Assembly: GCA_046262595.1 (NCBI GenBank)
Contig: JBHEMM010000046.1
Location: 1 to 16,184, forward strand
DNA from: Vulcanimicrobiaceae bacterium
GTDB taxonomy: Bacteria > Vulcanimicrobiota > Vulcanimicrobiia > Vulcanimicrobiales > Vulcanimicrobiaceae
DNA length: 16,184 nt
Reading direction: 5' to 3'
Shown: in pieces, positions 1-4,921 of the stretch
How positions within the stretch are numbered: the first letter of the stretch is position 1
Layout of the letters: every line of letters begins with the position of its first letter
The notes under the pieces: model-generated
Told to the model about the DNA's origin: nothing
Databases searched by the model: none
Seen by the model: the letters and a program-made list of their open reading frames with translations, nothing else
Made by a program: the position numbers and the translations under genes

Positions 1-258
1 GGCTACGTCATTCTTAAGAAAGACACGCAGGATGCTCGTTCTAAGACAGTCTTCTTCACGGAAGCCGGGTGGAAATTGATGATGGATAGCTTCATCGTGA
101 TTGAAGAAATCGAGCAGCGCTGTTCTCACGTATTGGGCGCTCAAACCATGGAGGCCCTTCGAAAGGGACTCGCTGCATTCATCAACGCTTACGAGTCGGA
201 CTCCAACGAAAAATCCGGGGTCTCCGACGAGGCGTCCACCTCGTCACCGTTCGAATAA
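1..258 (+). CDS. MarR-family transcriptional regulator, C-terminal part (5' end outside the window)
   Basis: Frame 1 is open from base 1: GYVILKKDTQDARSKTVFFTEAGWKLMMDSF...IEEIEQRCSHVLG. This matches the MarR wing pattern GYV-x6-DxRxKxVxxTxxG followed by the long dimerisation helix. TAA at 256-258. Confidence 0.8.
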   Translation, partial: GYVILKKDTQDARSKTVFFTEAGWKLMMDSFIVIEEIEQRCSHVLGAQTMEALRKGLAAFINAYESDSNEKSGVSDEASTSSPFE

Positions 259-314
259 TTCGAGCGCACGAAGCGACCAGGCACCAGCAAGAAAAAGAAA
301 GCGGTATATGCAAA

Positions 315-350
315 TTACACTTATGTAAGAGCGATCGAAACCGTTACACT
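315..350. promoter_or_regulatory. Candidate operator/promoter: TTACA-N4-TGTAA palindrome, second TTACACT copy and TACACT -10-like hexamer
   Basis: TTACA(315-319)-CTTA-TGTAA(324-328). TTACACT occurs at 315-321 and 344-350, in AT-rich intergenic DNA. Confidence 0.35.
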
Positions 351-354
351 ACGG

Positions 355-391
355 ATGCCACCACCGCCACACGCGGGGCGGCATTTTTTTT
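355..391 (+). terminator. Intrinsic terminator-like hairpin with 8-T tract
   Basis: ATGCC(355-359) pairs with GGCAT(380-384), CC with GG, and CCGC(364-367) with GCGG(373-376) around a CACAC loop. T run at 384-391. Confidence 0.6.
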
Positions 392-419
392 GCCTTGCCG
401 CAGAGATAAAGGAGCTTCC

Positions 420-1763
420 GTGCGCTACTTAAGGTTCGTTGCCGTGGTTGCGATCGCGATGCTGGCAGCGTGCTCGTCCGGACAACCGCCGCCGCTCGTG
501 TCATCCGCGCTCTCCTCGCAAAACACGCGGAGCGCGAACGGCATACAGTCGCAAACGTTTACTTTAGACAACGTTTTGCTGGTTTTTCAATCACGCTTGC
601 CCGTGTCGCCGTTTAGCGCCTCACCCGCCGGCGCGAGCAGCCAAATGGCATGGTCGCTGCAGCGTTCGCCGATGCGCATGGTGGACGTCGAAGCAATCCC
701 GTACGGCTTCGGCTCTCCGCTCGAACGCACCCTGCAGTCTGTTCCGGGCATTGCCGGCGCGCAGCGTCAAGCGCTCGCGGCGAGGCATGCGAGTGAACAG
801 CACGTGATTCAAAGCGACGTCGTCGCGACGATGTTCGGGCAGGCCGTTCACGGTACGGCCTATGTCGACGCCGACCCGCACGCGAACGCAGGCTTCCGCG
901 GCACGGCGCATTTCGTCGCGGAAGCGGGCTCTCGCTTGTGGCAAATCAATATATCGCAGGAACTTTCCGCAGCCGGCGCCGCAGCGTTCGCGGCATCGCT
1001 GCGCGATATTGCGCTGAACAGCCCGTCGGTGAACCGCCCGACGACGATGGCGCACGACGATCTTCCCTCGCGCGCCGCCTCGCGCATGGAATCGCCGCCG
1101 CAAAGCATCGCGACGGATGCGGCCGCCGGCTTGCGCAGCCGGATGGCGTACACCGGATGGTACATCACCAACCCGCCCGGGTGGTGGACGCAGCAACCGA
1201 ACACGCCTTGCGATTACGAACATTACTGGCTCAACACGCCTTCGACCGTTCCGGCCGCGTTCCAATTGTATTCCGGCCAAGCCGGCGTGAACAATCCCTG
1301 GCACGGTCTCGTCGCATGTGGCCCCAACCCGTACAAGTACGCCAACGCCGACGTGCTCGAACAGTTTTACAGCGGCGCGTGGGGCGAATACGAATGGGAA
1401 TGCGTCGAGCTCTCGATGCGCTGGATGTGGGAAGCGTACGGCGTGCAGCCGTACAGCGCGAACGGCAATACCATCGCTAGTAATTACCGGAGCACGGACG
1501 GCGGCAACGTCGAGTACATTGCGAACGGCGGCTATCCTCCGCTCCCCGTGATGGGCGACGTGCTGCAGTATTCGGGCGGGACATACGGTCACACGTCCGT
1601 CGTCGTATCGGAATCGCACAATTCCTCAGGCACCGGCTCGCTCACCGTCATCGAGCAAAACAACGGCAATTACGCCGGCAATTCGCTTACCGAGACCAAT
1701 TGGTACGTCAACTGCGCATCCGACGGTTCGGGTTGTCCGACCGCGTGGCTGCATCGTCCATAA
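420..1763 (+). CDS. Lipoprotein with C-terminal CHAP (Cys/His amidohydrolase/peptidase) domain and an unassigned N-terminal domain
   Basis: AAGGAG (409-414) precedes GTG 420. Signal MRYLRFVAVVAIAMLAAC carries a lipobox. CHAP motifs: WECVELSMRW (Cys), PVMGDVLQY, YGHTSVV (His), LTVIEQN. Confidence 0.85.
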   Translation: MRYLRFVAVVAIAMLAACSSGQPPPLVSSALSSQNTRSANGIQSQTFTLDNVLLVFQSRLPVSPFSASPAGASSQMAWSLQRSPMRMVDVEAIPYGFGSPLERTLQSVPGIAGAQRQALAARHASEQHVIQSDVVATMFGQAVHGTAYVDADPHANAGFRGTAHFVAEAGSRLWQINISQELSAAGAAAFAASLRDIALNSPSVNRPTTMAHDDLPSRAASRMESPPQSIATDAAAGLRSRMAYTGWYITNPPGWWTQQPNTPCDYEHYWLNTPSTVPAAFQLYSGQAGVNNPWHGLVACGPNPYKYANADVLEQFYSGAWGEYEWECVELSMRWMWEAYGVQPYSANGNTIASNYRSTDGGNVEYIANGGYPPLPVMGDVLQYSGGTYGHTSVVVSESHNSSGTGSLTVIEQNNGNYAGNSLTETNWYVNCASDGSGCPTAWLHRP

Positions 1764-1779
1764 CGAAAGGCATTTGAAA

Positions 1780-2688
1780 TTGAAAAAAATATTTGGCATA
1801 TGTGCCGCCGCCGCACTCGCTGCGCTGGCGGCGGGTGCGGCCGCATCGGCCGCACCCGCTAATACCGTGTCGCGCTACATGGCGACGACGAATACGACGA
1901 CGCTCTACAACGAAGGCTGCAACATGGGCAAGGCCGGTCAAAGCGGCGTTGTGGTGCTCGATTACGGTCAGCCTTGGACGTCCGGCTCGACCCAAGGCAC
2001 GTACGATTACGGCAGCGCGTTCGCGTCGGACTCCTCGATCGTCGCTGCGGCGGAATCATATCTCGACGGTTTTTGGAACTGCTCCGGGTCCTCACCGCAA
2101 TTGCGCCTGGCAATCGGAAGCAGCAACTACGGCAGTCAAGTAACGAACGCTGCGGGCCAAGCCTGGGGCAACGCCGTCAACACGCTGAACACCTACATCT
2201 CGAACAAGGGCTACGGCTCGCAAGAATATGCGCGCGGCGCCATTGACGCCGAACCCGGCTGGGACACCGGATTTACCAATACATCGAACTGGATCACCGG
2301 CTACAACGCAGCGACATCGACGCCGCTTTACGACTACGGCTCTGCCGACGATTGCCCGTACAGCGGTTTCAGCGGCAACTGCGACGGCTGGGGACAGCAC
2401 GGCTTCTGGTGGGTCGCGTGGGGAAATACGGACGGCTATCCCTTGCCCGAAATTTACCAGTGGTCGATGGCGGATCAGTGGTATTACGGGAGCGTCTATT
2501 CCGCCACGACGCAGTCGAACGGCAAAATGGATTTCCTCGGCACGATGACGCAATATGCGGCGTGCGGGTGCGGTTCGAGTACGTATACGCCGGCGCAAGG
2601 TTTCAACACGCTGCAAAATCTTCTCAACGGTGATTCACGAACGGCCTATGCCATGTCGTATTCCACCGACATCACCTGGGCGAATTAG
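1780..2688 (+). CDS. Secreted Gly/Tyr/Trp/Asn-rich protein, possibly glycoside-hydrolase-like
   Basis: GAAAGG (1765-1770) precedes TTG 1780 (alternative TTG 1774). Sec signal KKIFGICAAAALAALAAGAAASA. Motifs VVLDYGQP, GAIDAEPGW (DxE), YDYGSADDCP, PLPEIY. The CDS is clear; the function is inferred. Confidence 0.7.
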   Translation: MKKIFGICAAAALAALAAGAAASAAPANTVSRYMATTNTTTLYNEGCNMGKAGQSGVVVLDYGQPWTSGSTQGTYDYGSAFASDSSIVAAAESYLDGFWNCSGSSPQLRLAIGSSNYGSQVTNAAGQAWGNAVNTLNTYISNKGYGSQEYARGAIDAEPGWDTGFTNTSNWITGYNAATSTPLYDYGSADDCPYSGFSGNCDGWGQHGFWWVAWGNTDGYPLPEIYQWSMADQWYYGSVYSATTQSNGKMDFLGTMTQYAACGCGSSTYTPAQGFNTLQNLLNGDSRTAYAMSYSTDITWAN

Positions 2689-2699
2689 GAGGGATGCAC

Positions 2700-3203
2700 A
2701 TGAACAAGCTGTTTGCTTTTGCAGCTGCGGCCGCAACCATTGCGTTGAGCGCTTGCGCCCACGGCGGCAACAACGGCACGATACCGGGCACGGGATCCAC
2801 CTCACAGCAGCAAGCGATGAAAGCCGAGCGCGAGGCGCAACGCGTAACCAGTACGTTTGTTGCCGCAAAACACCCCGGATTGATCGCCGAAACGCCGCAG
2901 CGCATCGATTGGCATACGGGCATATCCGAAGCGGGCGAAGCGCCCGTTCCGGGCGGGATGTTCGCCATTGAAAACCAGTACAACGCCGTCCAGAACGGCC
3001 GGTACGTCACCGTCTATGCCGGCGCGCAGAAAACGGACGGGCAAGGTATCTTGCTGATCGTGGAACGTTCAGCCGATCTGCATAGCGTCACGGTGCGCAC
3101 GCAAGTCGTCGCGCCGTCATCCGTGCGCATCGAGGGCGCGCAGGGCGGGCAGCTGCAGCTGCGCGAGAGCGCGAGCGGCCGCGCCGTTCGCTACGACGTG
3201 TAA
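2700..3203 (+). CDS. Small lipoprotein of unknown function
   Basis: AGGAGGG (2687-2693) lies 6 nt before ATG 2700. Signal MNKLFAFAAAAATIALSAC with lipobox; the C-terminal half looks beta-rich. Confidence 0.8.
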   Translation: MNKLFAFAAAAATIALSACAHGGNNGTIPGTGSTSQQQAMKAEREAQRVTSTFVAAKHPGLIAETPQRIDWHTGISEAGEAPVPGGMFAIENQYNAVQNGRYVTVYAGAQKTDGQGILLIVERSADLHSVTVRTQVVAPSSVRIEGAQGGQLQLRESASGRAVRYDV

Positions 3204-3220
3204 AAACCGGCTCGCAGGCG

Positions 3221-3262
3221 AACAAAACAAAGCGGGGCGGGTGCCATTCAAACACCCGCCCC
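3221..3262 (-). terminator. Intrinsic terminator between convergent genes (U-tract on the minus strand, possibly bidirectional)
   Basis: Perfect 10-bp stem GGGGCGGGTG(3234-3243)/CACCCGCCCC(3253-3262). AACAAAACAAA at 3221-3231 gives a U-rich tail for the minus strand. Confidence 0.8.
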
Positions 3263-3267
3263 CATTG

Positions 3268-4230
3268 CTACTGGACGACAACCGTCCCGATCATGTTCTC
3301 CGTGTCATCGTGGAACAGGCAGTGATAATCGTACGTACCCGCTCGCGTAAACGTGAGGCTGAAGCTTTGGCCCGGCATGAGCGGCCCCGAGTTTACCAGT
3401 TGCGTGCCGTCGTACGATGAGGGTCCGCTGGGTGGCGAGAACGGGTTCATCTGCGGAAACGCTTGCCCCGCGATACCGAACGTTACGGTGTGCGGCATAT
3501 TGCTCGAGAGATTCGTCCAAGTGATTGTAGTGCCGGCGGGGACGGTCGTCGTGGTATCGCTCAATGACGGCCCGGACAAGAAACGCATGACCGATGAAAG
3601 TGCCGGCGGGCTTGCCGTAGCCAGACCCTCGGATATGCCGACGGCGACATGCGTGCCTCCCGCTGCGTACGGGAACTGTGTGATGGCGTTCGCAGCGGCG
3701 CTCAAGTCGTTCTGTTCCGCCGTGGCGGCTCGTGCGCTGATCGCACTCTGCGTGGAGGGATAGGGCGCCCCGGCATTCTGCACGGTGATCGTTTGCTCCA
3801 TCCCCGCGTGGATCAGACAGTAGACTTTGTACACGCCGGCTTTCGTAAACGTCAGCGAGTACGTCTTTCCAAGAAGCAGAAATCCGGAGCTCGTGTACGT
3901 GGTGCCATCGTAAGTCGTGCCGCCGGCGGGCGCCGAAACAGACGGATCGCTGGGCGGAGGCGGCGCTGCTTGCGGGCCGAGCAATGTGACGGTGTGCGGT
4001 TCGCCGCTGGGAAACGTCCAGGTCACCGTATCTCCGGCGTCGATGGTGATCGCGTTCGGATAAAACTCCAGACCTTGGTACGCTTCTTGTTGACTTGAGA
4101 CACCGGCTTGAACCTGCCAGGTCTTCGGCACTTGCGGCTGCGGTATATTCGGTGACGACGCCGATGTACACGCCGACACGATGCCGGCGCACACGACGGC
4201 TGCAATGATTGCAGAGGTGCGCGTGAACAT
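3268..4230 (-). CDS. Lipoprotein with two tandem cupredoxin (plastocyanin/azurin-like) domains
   Basis: GGAGG lies before ATG 4230; lipobox VSAC. Domain 1 has EPHTVT...YCLIHAGM and domain 2 has MPHTVT...HCLFHDDTENM, giving two His/Cys/His/Met type-1 copper ligand sets. Confidence 0.9.
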   Translation of the reverse strand: MFTRTSAIIAAVVCAGIVSACTSASSPNIPQPQVPKTWQVQAGVSSQQEAYQGLEFYPNAITIDAGDTVTWTFPSGEPHTVTLLGPQAAPPPPSDPSVSAPAGGTTYDGTTYTSSGFLLLGKTYSLTFTKAGVYKVYCLIHAGMEQTITVQNAGAPYPSTQSAISARAATAEQNDLSAAANAITQFPYAAGGTHVAVGISEGLATASPPALSSVMRFLSGPSLSDTTTTVPAGTTITWTNLSSNMPHTVTFGIAGQAFPQMNPFSPPSGPSSYDGTQLVNSGPLMPGQSFSLTFTRAGTYDYHCLFHDDTENMIGTVVVQ

Positions 4231-4379
4231 TAGGGAGCCTCCGGATTCAAGGGGCCGTGCAGGCAGTATGCTTCAGACACGGCATGAGGTGCATAAAATG
4301 GGATCCGATGCGCGGCCGGCATTCCGGTGCGGCGCATTGCGCGCGCGGCGGGGTCCGAGAGAGCGTGAACAAAGCCCAT
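4230..4379 (-). CDS. Putative 49-aa leaderless small ORF, coupled to the cupredoxin gene
   Basis: ATG 4379 lies 7 nt after TAAAGT. Translation: MGFVHALSDPAARAMRRTGMPAAHRIPFYAPHAVSEAYCLHGPLNPEAP*. Its TAA overlaps the cupredoxin ATG (TAATG). No family recognised. Confidence 0.35.
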   Translation of the reverse strand: MGFVHALSDPAARAMRRTGMPAAHRIPFYAPHAVSEAYCLHGPLNPEAP

Positions 4380-4386
4380 GCGTGTC

Positions 4387-4432
4387 ACTTTACGAGATAA
4401 CCGCGCAAGCCACGATGGGGCGAATCCCTACT
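4387..4432 (-). promoter_or_regulatory. Box-dependent promoter, copy 2
   Basis: Minus strand: AGTAGGGATTCGCCCCAT (4432-4415), 22-nt spacer, TAAAGT (4392-4387), 7 nt, ATG 4379. Confidence 0.6.
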
Positions 4433-4868
4433 CTTTGCCCAGAGCCGGATAGAGGTCTCGGTCGTCGGCCTCGAGGAGGTCGAACGTGAGCGGGTAGCGG
4501 CTGCGCAGATACTCGGGGTAAAGGGAATCAAAGTGCCCGCGGTGTTCGGATAAAATATCTTCGTGACGGAAGCCGCTTAAGGACGCGTTCGCGCGTTCAT
4601 ACTGCGCGAGGTCGGCATGGCTTCGTAACCATGCCGCTACGTCATCGTCTGCGGTTGCCGCGATGATTGCGTCGCGCAGCGCGCCCAGCTCCACGCCAAT
4701 GATCATCAGCAGCATTTGGCTCATTCCCGGCGTGATGTGATACGGCCCCAAATCACCGCCGGGAAGCGTAGCGCAAATCTTGTCGATTGTACGCGGCATG
4801 AGCACGAGCCCATCGAGCCGCTCACGCGGGCTGCGCGGCGGGCGTATTCGCAGATCCATGGCTGTCAT
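4428..4868 (-). CDS. DUF5069-like protein
   Basis: MDLRIRPPRSPRERLDGLVLMPRTIDKICATLPGGDLGPYHI and the C-terminal FDLLEADD match the DUF5069 pattern as I recall it. ATG 4868 is chosen from promoter geometry; GTG 4874 and ATG 4859 are alternatives. Confidence 0.8.
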   Translation of the reverse strand: MTAMDLRIRPPRSPRERLDGLVLMPRTIDKICATLPGGDLGPYHITPGMSQMLLMIIGVELGALRDAIIAATADDDVAAWLRSHADLAQYERANASLSGFRHEDILSEHRGHFDSLYPEYLRSRYPLTFDLLEADDRDLYPALGKE

Positions 4869-4875
4869 GGCCACA

Positions 4876-4921
4876 AACGTACGTCCGGCCGCCCGCGGGC
4901 GCTATGGGGTGAATCCCTACT
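4876..4921 (-). promoter_or_regulatory. Box-dependent promoter, copy 1
   Basis: Minus strand: AGTAGGGATTCACCCCAT (4921-4904), 22-nt spacer, TACGTT (4881-4876), 7 nt, ATG 4868. Confidence 0.6.

Noticed and set aside
390..419. ORF-track start at 390 for the CHAP gene
   Set aside because: It lies in the terminator T-tract. The SD and signal peptide support GTG 420.
259..419. Known riboswitch (c-di-AMP or c-di-GMP) upstream of the cell-wall hydrolase
   Set aside because: I cannot see the conserved aptamer motifs and the space is short. An Rfam search would settle it.
621..1619. 332-aa antisense ORF, and similar long shadow ORFs at 9818-10840, 12208-13212 and 15383-16120
   Set aside because: They are antisense to well-supported genes and have no motifs; such ORFs are expected in GC-rich DNA.
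4181..4489. 102-aa plus-strand ORF across the intergenic region
   Set aside because: It overlaps two minus-strand genes and has no SD or recognisable features.
4415..4921. 18-bp repeats as CRISPR repeats or IS ends
   Set aside because: Only two direct copies 489 bp apart, with no cas, transposase or integrase gene in the window.
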